Part shown: one piece after another, positions 23,808-35,721 of the stretch
Layout of the letters: each line of letters begins with the position of its first letter
Position numbering within the stretch: the first letter of the stretch is position 1
Origin: Takakia lepidozioides
Lineage: Eukaryota; Plantae; Bryophyta
Reading direction: 5' to 3'
DNA: 64,000 nucleotides
Assembly: GCA_030704615.1 (NCBI GenBank)
Contig: CM060731.1
Span: forward strand, 73,036,001 to 73,100,000
Made by a program: the position numbers and the translations under genes
Notes under the pieces: generated by a model
Told to the model about the DNA's origin: nothing
Databases searched by the model: none
The model's input: only the letters and a program-made list of their open reading frames with translations

Positions 23808-25715
23808 CCGCTCGAACAACGTTGCAGAGTCTAAGTATAGCTCATATGAGGGAGAATGCTTAGCTGCAGTGTGGGCCATGACACACTTCAGGTGCTATCT
23901 ATACGACAATCTCTTCACCCTTGTCACGGATCACCAACCACTCAAGTGGTTGATGGAGTCAGACAAGCTTACGGGGAAGCTTGCACGGTGGGCACTCATC
24001 CTTCAAGAGTATGACTTTCAGGTGGTGCATCGACCGGGTTTGGTCAATCGCAATGCAGATGGGTTGAGTCGCAATCCATGCACGAGCCAGCAGGATGACA
24101 CTGGAGCTCGGTGGCATGGTGAGACGGACGAGGAGATGGTACCCGGATGGCATGCATCTGCATTTCTGTGTATCTTGGCAGCGGAAGGCCAGGTTGGACC
24201 TGCAACAGGGATGACTGTAGATCAAGTGTCTGAGGACCCTGAGGCTAGCAATGAGCAAGATGGCGCCAAAGATATACATGAGGATTCAGTTGTGTTGGAC
24301 TACCTCCGCACTGGAGACACTGCAGCCACTGTGACTGCCAAGGAGAGGGATCGGATCCTACAACGAGCCAAGAGGTTCAAGTGGGAGGGACACACCTGCT
24401 TCGAGTGTGGGAGGATGGTCGAGTGAGGATTGTGCCTCACCCAACACAGCGGGCACGGTTAGTGCGGCATGCCCATGAGGAGTTGGGGCATTTTGGGGTG
24501 CGACGCACTCATAGTCTAATGCAGGGGCAGTATTGGTGGCGTGGTATGCACACAAAGGTGCAACAATTTGTGGCTAGGTGCATGGTGTGTGACAGGGTGC
24601 GTGCTTCATTCAACGCCCCTACTCCACAATTGCACCCTCTTCGGATCATGGGATTGGGCTACAGGTGGAGTCTTGACTTCGAAGGGCCGTTGCCACTGAC
24701 CATGCGCCACAACAAGTACATGTTGGTGATGGTGGAACACTTCTCCAAGTGGATTGAATTGGTTCCATTGCCTGATAAGGCTAGTGAGGGAGCTGCGTAT
24801 GCATTCTTGGATTGTGTGCTTAGCCGATTCGGTGCTCCAGCTGAGGTACTCACGGACCAAGGGAGAGAGTTCTTAAGGGAGTTTTAGGCTTTGTGTGACA
24901 AGGCCTTGATAGACCACCGCACCACTTCTCGGGATCATCCTGAGGCCGATGGCTTGGCAGAAAGAGTTGTTCAGACAGTAAAGAGGGGTTTACGCAAATA
25001 TGGCTTGCAGAAGGGACACGTAGGAGATTGGGACCTTCAGTTACCCTGGTTAGCCATGGGCTACAGGTTGAGCAAGCAAGCATCACTTGCCTCCTTCTCA
25101 CCATACTTTCTTCTCTTTGGCCGAGAGCCGGATTTGCCTACATCCATTCGCAGAGAAGCTGCTACAATTCTTAACCTTGACGATCCGGATGTGTGGGCAC
25201 GTGCATGTGAGCAGCGTGCAGAGTTATTTAAGAAAGTCATGCCCATGGCTTTCGAGAACCTTGCCATTGCACAACATCGTGATACGTTGAGGTATGCTAC
25301 CATACGTGGTGGGGGCTATCGTCCTGGGGTTCGGAGATTCAACCCTGATGACTATGTCTATCTGCAGCAGACTGCTCCTACGACATTGGATGTGACTGCA
25401 AGACGTGTTATTTTGAGGGTTAGAGAGGTTTTGCCCTTAGGCGTCTTGGTCTTGGAGGGTCGGGATGGCATAACTTGGAAGGACCATGTGCGTAATTGTG
25501 CGCCATGTCACCTTCCGAATGTCGATGGCAGGATTGACCCAAACCTGGCAGTGGTATCTGCAAGTTTGAAATGCATCTTGTGTGGGTCTGCTAGAGGGGC
25601 AGCTACCATGCTGGTGTGTGATCGATGCTCTAGAGGTTGGCATATGGGATGCTTGACTCCACCTCTTGAGATGGTTCCTGCTGGGGATTGGTTATGTCCG
25701 CATTGCATTGGATAG
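23808..25715 (+). mobile_element. Ty3/gypsy pol 3' half: RNase H, integrase (HHCC and core) and a C-terminal PHD finger
   Basis: TDHQPLKWL..LARWALILQEYDFQVVHRPG..NADGLSR; AHEELGHFG..CMVC; WSLDFEGPLP; VLTDQGREF; ADGLAERVVQTVK; CILC..MLVCDRCSRGWHMGCLTPPLEMVPAGDWLCPHC. Frameshift near 24385 and a stop at 24885. Confidence 0.95.
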
Positions 25716-25975
25716 TGGGAGTGGATACAACCATGGGAGGCTGACAAGAAATGCAACGCCAAGCTACTAGGAGACCTTGAACACACGAGATCCTGGCTCA
25801 AGTTCACAGATTGCAAGACGTCGACTAACGATGGGGCTACTCTTGTACCCGACCTCTTGGTCTACAGAGTTTGAGTACAACAGGGACAGTGATAGAGGAC
25901 TTAGTACAGCTGTGGCTATTACATCTTGTAGCTATCTGGAGTTAGATGGACCTATCCACCAGCTAAGGGGGCGAT

Positions 25976-26420
25976 TGTGGCAGACTACTTTATTGTGCAT
26001 ATATGTGTGGTGTGGTTTGGACAACGATGTAGTTGTGTAGCGATATGTATGCGCACGACAGTTGTCAAGTTAAATAAACATAGTGTGAAACTAACTAGAA
26101 TAAAACTAGTTATTTGTATTTAACACTTGGATTTAGTTCAAGTGTTAAGTCAGGTGTCAAGTTTGAGCTTGACACCTGAACCATCTTATCTTCATGAGAG
26201 CGTCAGTCGCGCAGCTCATCTCTCTCAAATTGAGCATGCGCGACCGAGCTCCTTCACGCTTTAGAAGCTGAGTATGCTTATGAAGGGATGATAGGTTGTT
26301 GTGGGGTGGAGTCCCCATAGCTTGGGGTTCCCCTGGCTCGACTACTATTTTAAAGAGTGATGGTGTTGGTTTTCATGTTTCTTGTGTGAACAGTATGTCT
26401 TTTAGTTTTCTATCTGTAAA
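25976..26420 (+). mobile_element. 3' LTR of the PHD-gypsy element, truncated, preceded by a polypurine tract
   Basis: PPT-like AAGGGGGCGA at 25965-25974, then TGTGGCAG. Homologous to the reverse copy at 3020-3370. Confidence 0.8.
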
Positions 26421-26712
26421 ATAGTGTTCTCTTTAAAATAGTAGTCGAGCTAGGGGCACCCCAAGCTATGGGGACTCCACCCCACAACAACCTATCCTCC
26501 CTTCATAAGCATACTCAGCTTCTAAAGCGTGAAGGAGCTCGGTCGCGCAGGCTCAACTCGAGAGAGATAAGCTGCGCGACTGACGCTCTCGTGAAGATAA
26601 GATGGTTCAGGTGTCAAGCTCAAACTTGACACCTGACTTAACACTTGAACTAAATCCAAGTGTTAAATACAAATAACTAGTTTTATTCTAGTTAGTTTCA
26701 CACTGTGTTTAT
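26074..26712. repeat. Long inverted repeat made of LTR sequence (arms 26074-26357 and 26429-26712)
   Basis: The ~284 bp arms are reverse complements with scattered, mostly transition, differences and a 71 bp spacer. Confidence 0.92.
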
Positions 26713-27964
26713 GATATAAGGTTAAGGTCACTTTGGCCAACTTGATGCATAATCCCTACCCTGTCAGGCATGGCCAATAAAATCGCTTTCAGTTTCGTAA
26801 TTAGGGTCACTGGAGCCATTACGTGACTAGCCCTTTGTTTAGATAGGAGAGTGAAAGGAACATGGCCCAACAGAGGCTTGCCAAGGCTTGCTTTCAAAGC
26901 ATTGTTGTGGTTCATGTGTCAACCCCAGCCTTAAGAAATCTGTTCACTTGGAGCATGCCCAACGGAGGCTCACTAAACTACCGCGCTATCACTGAACTGA
27001 ACAATATAACCTCTAACCCCTAACCCCTCCCTGCTTCTTCTCAACTCTCTAGTAGGCTCTACTTGGAATGAGCTCACGTACACTATGGAATATTTGGAAA
27101 TCTAGGTGTGAACTAGTTTATAGATGCACTGCCCCAGCATCAGGAAGATCCTTGCAAGGATCTTATCAGACCTGACGACTGAGGGGTGCAAGGCTTGGTT
27201 TTCTTTTGCTTGCAGCAAATTCTAAATGTGGAGAAGGAGGCGCTTGCAGCTCCTCTCGGCTTTTGATGAGTTATGGGACAAGAGTTGTCACATCTGCTCG
27301 GCCCGCTTTTCAGCCTTGACAATCAGCAACGACAACATCCCCCATTCCTGGAAAATCACCAGTTGAAGGTGATAACCCAGAAATCAACTGGCACCACCAT
27401 AAGCTCTGGCTCCCCGCTCATCCTGACTTTAGAAATAATCATTAACCCTAGCTCCTCCCCATGTCCCCCTTCCATCAGCTTCCTTATCCCCCTTCAATCC
27501 ACTCTCTATTCTCCCCATTCTCTCCCTTGGTTAGCGAGGTTACCCGTGCGTCCTACTCTTTCCGGTGGTTATTTTTTTCATTTGATATCATTTTTTTTCT
27601 CATTAACCCTGTTCTAAATTAAAAATAAAGTGAATAATAAATAAGTTATGGACTCCAGTTTCAACCATAGAGCCAATTAAATCAAAAGAGATTCAGATGT
27701 ATTTCTATAAGCTCAACACTACAACCCACATTGACCCACTTGGGTTGATGATAGGTGTATTATACACACTTTTTGGTCCCAAATCCAATTATCCCTCGTT
27801 CACAAAGTTTAAGCTTAACATCATTGGCCCTTTACTAAGTTATGTAAGGGCTCTATCACCCACAAAAAAAATGAAAAACCTCTTAGCAATGTGGAAGGAG
27901 GGAGAGAAATACATTCTTCAAGTAAGTTAATCCGCAGGGCCTAGCATGAGCACTAGCTGGCCGC

Positions 27965-30690
27965 TTAGTCGGGCAAGCTTTCCAGGACCAGCTGCATGCC
28001 GTAGCTGGGCTTAAGACTGATCTTCTGTTCCGGTGAATGGCGGGAGGATCCAGAGACACGAAAGCGGAAGCGTCGAAGCATCATAGCGACGGCCAGTTTG
28101 CCCTCCATCAAAGCAAATGCTTCTCCACACAGAAGCGGGGCCCAAAGGAGAAAGGCATGAATGCCAAAGGTTGCTTGGTTGCTTGCTTAACTCAGTGAGC
28201 AAATCTCTCAGGTTTGAATTCAGAGGCATCTTCTCCCCAAAGGTTGGGGTCATGGTGGATTGCGAGCGTAGCGATGGACAAAGTCAAGCCTTTGTGTATG
28301 TCAAGCTCGCCCAGCCTCACGTCCTCTTTAGCCTGCCTGACGGATGCTATGACAGGTGGAAAGAGGCACAGAGACTCGTGTATTATTATCATGTTGACCT
28401 GCACCCAGATTAGATTTTGAGGAGAAACGTTGAAGCTCTTGAGCATAGAGGATGAAAGGTTTCCTGGATTAGGATATCTGGACAGCAAGTGCTATGTTGA
28501 GGTCCCACAGATGTGTGACTTGTGGCTGTGGGAGGGCTGTGGTTAATGGACTCTTTGTAGATTGGGACTGCCAGCGGGCTTGAGATCAGATCATGAGAAC
28601 TGAGAGAGCTAGGGTAAAGAGATCGAGACAAGTGGTCACCACTAAATGAATGATAGGTCTGAATTATGAGAATCAAGAAGGAAACTCACAGTTTTGAGCT
28701 TCGCCAGATTCTGCTCCGATGGCCAATCTGCTTCTCGGCATACCTCCAACACTTCTGACCGAGCGCGTTCTTGCCAGTCGGTATGAGTTGCCAAAAGCAT
28801 CACTGTCCATGTCAACATCCCTGTTGTTGTCTCATGACCAGCAAATAAGAAGGTTCTGCAGTCATCAATCAGTTGTTGCATGCCAAAAGCGAGTTTACCG
28901 TCTCTGAGGGAGTTCTCACTCTCAGCCGCTGTGAGCATGAGGCCCAGTAGATCAGTTCCGTATGTACATTTCGGGCCAGGCTTACAGCATCCTTTCGAGC
29001 CTGGATGAGCTCTTTGAGCGAGCTTTCAATGCCCCTCTTGAGTTTTGCAATTTGTCTGTTCCTCGAAGTAGGCAACAGTCTGCCAACGATACCATTTCAT
29101 ATTGTTTAGCACGTTTGTCGTTTCCTCACGACCTGCAGATCATGAGCTTTCTTGAAAACTTAGTCCTATTTAAACAATCATAGATAGCTTTCTTTCAATT
29201 ATCCAAGGGAATTGAAGGTTCCGCAATCCACACTTGAGATCAAATATTGGAGATCCTAACGAGTTCAAGATCTCAGCCCTGCCAAAAACTAGGCACTTTG
29301 ACATGCAGAGATGAGATGCCTTCAGCACTAGTCCAATAAATGCATGAGATTACAATGAGCATACGGAGATTTAAGGCATCAAGTGTTCACGGTCCAGAAT
29401 TCTTGTACAAAACCATTCTTAAACTCTAGATTTGCTGCTGTCAGAGAGGCACATGATCCTTATAAACTCGAAGGTCATAAATACAATAGAACGCTTGCAC
29501 GCATGAGCGAGTGGGAGGAAAGGGGTTACCCGTATCCCGGTAGCATCCGGAGAAAACGACTGAATCGTGCCTTCCCCAAAATCTGTGCAAGCTCAATCTG
29601 CTGGTCAAAGGCACGCTTACCAGTTTCGTAGCTGCTCCCGAAGGATGTGTGAGCAACAACGTTAGCTGCTGCTAGGTTAATGTGATGGTAAATTTCAACC
29701 TCCACAGAGCCCCCTCCATCTATCACCAGCTTTTCCCATGTGTCGAGCATTGGCGTGAGGCCTTCCAGTACCATGGCTCCCACCATACCCTGCACAGCAT
29801 TTAAGTTGATAGCCAACGCCTTGTTAATAAGGCCCGATCGATCTCAATACATCGACTCCATCCTCACAAAGATTCTACAGGTTAGAAGTTCGAAATTCTG
29901 TCACTGGCCAAGTGAAAATAAACGTACTTTGAGCTTTTCGCGATGGAAGGCTGGGGTCACAACACGACGGTGGAGAGCCCATTCCTCCCCATTGCTGGAA
30001 ACGAGTCCTTTCCCAGGAAGCTGACTAGAGTTGTTGTTTTGCAACTCGCTCTTCTCAATAAACCCCACCTTATTTGAAAGAACTTCTTTGACGATCTCCA
30101 GCTCTTTTATCGTAATCCTTGCCTCTCGACCCCACCACCAAAGATGCCACTTGCCTGCACACCATAATTCACCTAACTTGGTGGACAAAGTCCTGCCAAC
30201 CGTGCTTCCTGTCTCTAGACACTCTCATGTGCACCTTCAAACCACTGGGCGGCCAAATGGTACCAGGCAAACCTTGGAGCTAACAACGAATTTTCGGGCA
30301 TCATCCGGAGGAAGTCATTATATGTACAACACAATTTGAAACTCAAGTGCAGGAGAAATACCATAGGTCTTTGACCATTGAGCATAGTGGGGAAGGAGGC
30401 GCGCAGAGACGTCATAGCTGCCAACCATCATATCTTCCGAAGTCGCTTGGTTGTAGAGCTTTCTAATATCAAAGAAGTTTCCCACCACCAAGCGGAAAGG
30501 GGGTCCTTTCAGCCCCTGCCTCTCCATAACGCGTTTCAGCCTCATGGGTGTCCATCAGTACTGGTTTACGAGGGCCAGAGCTTCGTGAAGAACCCAAAAC
30601 AGTAATAACGTGGAGATTGCAACAGGGAGTGCGGCCCATAATGAGGCTGGAGGAGTGGAGAAGTGGCCATTGAAAGAGGAACTCCACAAA
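27965..30690 (-). pseudogene. Cytochrome P450, CYP72 clan, five-exon pseudogene
   Basis: Motifs GLKGPPFRLVVGN, GLVSSNGEEWALHRRVVTPAFH, DDCRTFLFAGHETT, WQERARSEV, FKPERF and FSFGPRFCV. Lesions: TGG>TGA in exon 1, a frameshift near 28965, ExxR changed to ESLC, a stop after PERFAH and a frameshift just after the heme Cys. Confidence 0.9.
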
Positions 30691-33125
30691 TAGCTTCAAT
30701 CTCTGTACTGCAGATCTTCAATTCTTTGATGAGCTCCTGGGTAAGAAAAACAGATCTCTGCAATCATACATATAGATGACAGATCAGAGGAGACTTTCGA
30801 TAAAATGGGACCAACAGATTTTGATTACTCATACTAAGTTTCCAGAGCCGAACCTCTTCTATACAAATTTCTAGATTAATCTTGCTCAGCATGCATTTGG
30901 GCCTCAATTTGGGCCTGGACAACCTATCTAGAGCAATTACTTATAGATCTATATCTCGCCTTGATCACGTGAAGTTCAATCTATGGGCCTCAATCTAGTG
31001 GAAACTATAACAGCAAATTAACTGAAGCCATGGATATATCAGTTGACCAAGACTCGACTGCGCGCCTCCCAACTCCCGGGAGAGTTGGGAGGCGCGCGTC
31101 CTGCAAGATAGTCTAAGGGAATAACAGTGCCATGAAAAGACATCTCAAGAAATATGGACACACTTTTGAAGTATTGTTTAGGTGCCCCATTAGATTCTGC
31201 AGAACTAACTTCCATCATGGAAATCACTATCTAGACTGTCTGATCAGGACTTTCAAACCGCCCCATGTGTAATTAACTGATGACCAGTGCACTGCACGAG
31301 CATTAAGCAAGTTTCCTTCTGAGTTCTAAGTTACCCATCACAGCTTCCTCCATACATGTCCTACAAAGAACTCTAGATCATGTGGATCAAACGTAATAGA
31401 TTTGACCGGCCTGAGAGATAGAATACTAGGAAAGAAGTTAAGAAGAGGTACTCTGAATAGATATGCAAGGAGCAGAGATGTATCAGAAAGACTATTTCAC
31501 AAAAAAAGCAGTTAATAGAATCCTATCTCTATACAAGAGAATAGACACACTTCCTGAAGAACAACTTATATGCAGATCTGATATGCAACACTCAGAGAGG
31601 GAGTTTACAACATGCTCTACTACAAAATCAAAGTGCACCTAAATGCAATGACCTAAAGCGGAAGATTGAATAGTGTAACTCAACAACTTCAAAATGCTAG
31701 ACAATGAGACAAGAACACTAACAAATAGGAAAGCAAAATCTTTATACCGGGCCAGACTAGTTTCGCTCAGGAAACGTGAGCTCATGAGTGGGAATGAAAA
31801 GGAACGAGACACAAAGCACCCCACCCCCTACTTATATACTACCATGAGTGTCTAGTCTGGTGGGCATCCAATGGATGTCTTGTGAGGAGATAAATCAAAT
31901 CCAAAAAAAGTCTCAGTCCCAGTGACGAAGTAATCTGTGGGTTCTTGCGTCGATCGTTGAGGGGGATGTATAACTGCCTCGGAGCTGGTCGGTTTCAAAG
32001 CCTGTCATGGCTTGGCTCATGGCCCGACATGGTGCGATCGATGGGCCGGCAAGCATCTTCAACTGCCCCTCACAATTGACCAACATCGACGTCTTGCAGA
32101 CAATGTGGGTCTGTTGATCAACCCACCTCCCGAGCAACTTACAGATAATTCTGCACCTTATATATACAAACATTAGTAGATCTGAGTGGCTCAGACATGA
32201 TCCGGGACTGCGCCTGTCACAATGAAGACGCTGATTGTTTGGAATTCTCTATAACACAAACCCGGTTGTCTGTACTTCCAAGGAGTATCAGAAATGAGCT
32301 TATACTTTTGTGTGGCATGGTGTAAATGGGCATAGAAAATACTGACGAGAGTGTCAGGGAATACTACAAAGAACACTTTGCTTCAGATTCACATCACAGG
32401 AACTACATAAGCTGGCATCACACTTTGCACAGAATGAGATGCGCTCTAATACAAGGAGAGAGAGTCAGAGACTATATACCTAGCTTCCATATCTTAGCAT
32501 GAGTAAAGATGAGAACTTACTATGAGTTTTTAACAGTTACTGTCAGGACACTGGACCCTGCTTGGCTATGAGTAAGAGTAACACATGCTGGGTAATATCT
32601 CTGAGCATGAGAAGCTGTAGGGGGCGAAACTGGGAAGTGGATTGGGGCATTTTCTAGAACATAAGTATACTCTAGGAGCACACTGGCCATGGCGTGCCAA
32701 CTAGTCTGCAGGTGTAATTTCTACCTTTCTAAATGTTCTATGAGAGTTTGGGAGTCGGACCAGGAGGAAGGCAGGAAGAAACGATGAACAACACAAGTTC
32801 CTTTCAGTACAATGTGACGGAACAAAAATTTCCGAGACTAAATTTTGCCGAATCGGAAGCCTAACTTGCACCATGGATGCCTGCTCTTGCAAGTCCTTAC
32901 TCCACTCTTAAGTGTGTACTTAATGTTCTTCTACACAAAAGCTCCCTTCATCTAACTGTCGTAGTTGCATTAAAAACTAACTGTCATCATCTGCTAGATA
33001 CAACTTGTCCTGTTAGAAGGGGTCACAGATCTTGCTTCATGTCTGTCAATCTGTCTCCTTGTGGTTTTAGTTGTTTGTCTGCTCAACCACCCTTCCTTGG
33101 TGGAGGTGCAGACTGAAGTGTACAT

Positions 33126-35721
33126 CTAGTAGTCATCGTCATCATCATCATAATCATTTGACTGATTGACACCAAGGTTGTAATCATCCTGTTGGAGGGC
33201 ATCATTGATGGCATGTTGATCAGCATGCTCTTCCTCGAGTAAGGCTAAGCTGTGGTACTCTTGAGCCCGTGTCTCCCACCGGGGTCGGTGTTGCCTTTCC
33301 TCCTCCATGTCCCTCTCAATGGCCTTCCGAATGGGCCTCAGGATCAGGAAAAACTGCCAAACCCACCATTTGTTGGGGTGGTGAATCAAACCTAGGTTGC
33401 TAATTTACAGTCAGTTAATAAGACAGAATAGGTCTCCTGGAAAGAACCTTGTGCATCATGGCAATATTGATATTGAAAATTAGAAGTGGGAGGAGTCAAT
33501 GCATGTCACATACACTGCATACATGGACAAAAGATCAATGATACAGTCCTTGCAATTGTCGACCCCAATTGTTCATGCGAGGGCAGATTTAGACAACTCA
33601 CACATTGTGAACTAGCTGGGTAAAGTGAGACGTACTTGAGCTAAAAGTACAAGTGGGATCCAGATCTTGCCCCTATGGTTAGCATTAGGGCCGTCTATGA
33701 GCTTCTTGTCAATCAATATTGACTTGCCATCACCAGTCACCACCTCGATCATGTGCTCCACCAGATTCGGGAGCCACACACTGCCATCTGGAAGGATCTG
33801 AACATTCAACATGTACATGAAATCTCTGTCTCGCTGGCCCTCCCTTGCCACCAGTAGACACAACGAATGGACATGCCAAGCCAGTCAAGGGTCTATTTGG
33901 TATACCTTCTCTCCGCCAATATTGGTGTTACAACGGCCACTGTTCTCCACCAACACTACTGGCACCTACACAAACGACACGCGAAGTTACATGCTCTGAA
34001 ATCACTTCTGATCCTGATCCTGGGCAGCCATTCAACTCTAGCATGGTAAGGGTGTCCTAATCACCTCTGCTACAGCTAGCTCACCTCTTTCTCAATCTTT
34101 TTGAATCCTGCCTCTTGTCGGATCAGTCCCTGCAAGGCAGCTGAGCGCTTGGACACAAATTCAGCATAGTTCAGTCCATCAGGGGGAGAAAGCTGCGCAT
34201 GGCTGAGCACAATCATTCCAATGTGCCATATTTGAGGGCCAAAGCTCCCTGTAATGGCCCTTATAATCTGCTTATCCAGGTTGTCCACCCGATACCCATC
34301 TAGCCGGTCCATATAAAACATAACATCAATAGTCTTGTTCAGAAGGAACCTGCAGTAAAATTTGTAGCACACATGAAGGTCATAAACTCTGTCAGCACAT
34401 TACCCATGCCCATAGAAGGTTTTCACAAGATGTTCAACTCACTGCAGGTATAGCCCAGTGTCACGCGGATGAACAATAAAAACTAATGACACTCAGATCA
34501 CTCCATATATAAGCCTGCTGCCAAAAGGTCTCCCTCAGAATCAGTTCAACAGGGGAATGTTGTGCTAAGAGCTGCTTCCCATATTCTACAAGCACATACA
34601 TTTTGCCTGATCTTATGTTTGAATGCAATAGCTTCATATTGGTAAGTTGGCCAAGTCAACATTTGAAAATAAGAAGGCATGGAGCAAACCCCTTCCCACA
34701 TCCATACTGAACAAAAGATACATCAACTGTGAAGGCAAGGCACCTTTGGATTATAGCCAATGCTTGGTCGTTAACAAGGCCCCCTTCCACCAAGCCTGGC
34801 GTGTCAATTACATGGAGTGTAAACCCTGCTCTTGACCGCGAACACTGGATTGGCCTCATTGTCTCTGACTATTGACATCCATGCCAGGGGATATGAAGTC
34901 ATTCTAGAATAAGGGCTACTGAGAAAGAAAGAACACTTCAGGCCCACTAGATCCATATAATGCACCTCCTAATTATACATCTCAATTTTGTTGACATGGT
35001 TAGATCACACTTGGTTGATGCATTATTGGCTAACATAATTGCTGAACCCTCCAGCTTTCCAATCTCTTAGGGGTGCCAAAGGGAGTCTGGAACTGATACT
35101 GGCTGTGCTCATGAAAACGGCCAACAGCAGTCTGCAAGCACAAAAGAATAACATGGCATTCTCCCTAAAAGAGAATCTCCTGCAGGAACTGTAAAAACAA
35201 AGGTAAGCCCTACAGGAGATCTTTGAAAAGGATGCAGCTGTCATTCTGGCAAAACAAGGTAGTGATTGGGATCACTACTATTACAAATACAGCATGACAA
35301 GCTCTGCCTCAGAGTGACTGATACCTGGAAGGCACTAACACCGGTCACCCTTTCACCAAGCAAGGAATTGACAGTTGAGCTTTTGCCAACGCCACTTTTC
35401 CCAAGCACCAGTACGGTCAGAGTGTCCACGTTCTGCAAAGTTTACCCCCTCCACACCCACTTTTCATGTTGCTTGTGGACCCTGGAAACACCTACAAATT
35501 TCAAGGATAGAAACATAGTTTTCCACCTCAACATCAAACCTTATGCACTGTTCTTTACTCAGTCAGCAGTAAATGAGAAAAAAATTCATAGTCTATCTCC
35601 AAGGCCTGACACTCGAATGTACCTCTTGGCGCAGCTTGCCAAGAAGGCCATGGAGGGCAGCCTGTGTTGCAAGAGGGAACTGTTGCAGGCCTGTCCACTC
35701 ACGCACTTGACTGGCTGCCAT
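33126..35721 (-). CDS. TOC34: Translocon at outer chloroplast envelope GTPase TOC34/33 (7 exons)
   Basis: MAASQVREWTGLQQFPLATQ, GKSGVGKSSTVNS, IDTPGLVEGG, DRLDGYRVDNLD, HAQLSPPDGL, VENSGRC and LIDGPNAN. The GT-AG exons join in frame. Confidence 0.95.

Noticed and set aside
24891-25715. Stand-alone host PHD-finger gene
   Set aside because: It is in frame with the integrase core and lies upstream of the PPT and LTR.
26063-26075. TGTCAAG as the LTR start
   Set aside because: The PPT and TG at 25965-25977 mark a better start; 26063 is only where the copy at 3370 is truncated.
27005-27030. Telomere-like TAACCCC repeats
   Set aside because: Only 2-3 imperfect units.
31800-32400. Possible gene between the P450 and TOC34
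   Set aside because: No recognisable translation or consistent exon structure.
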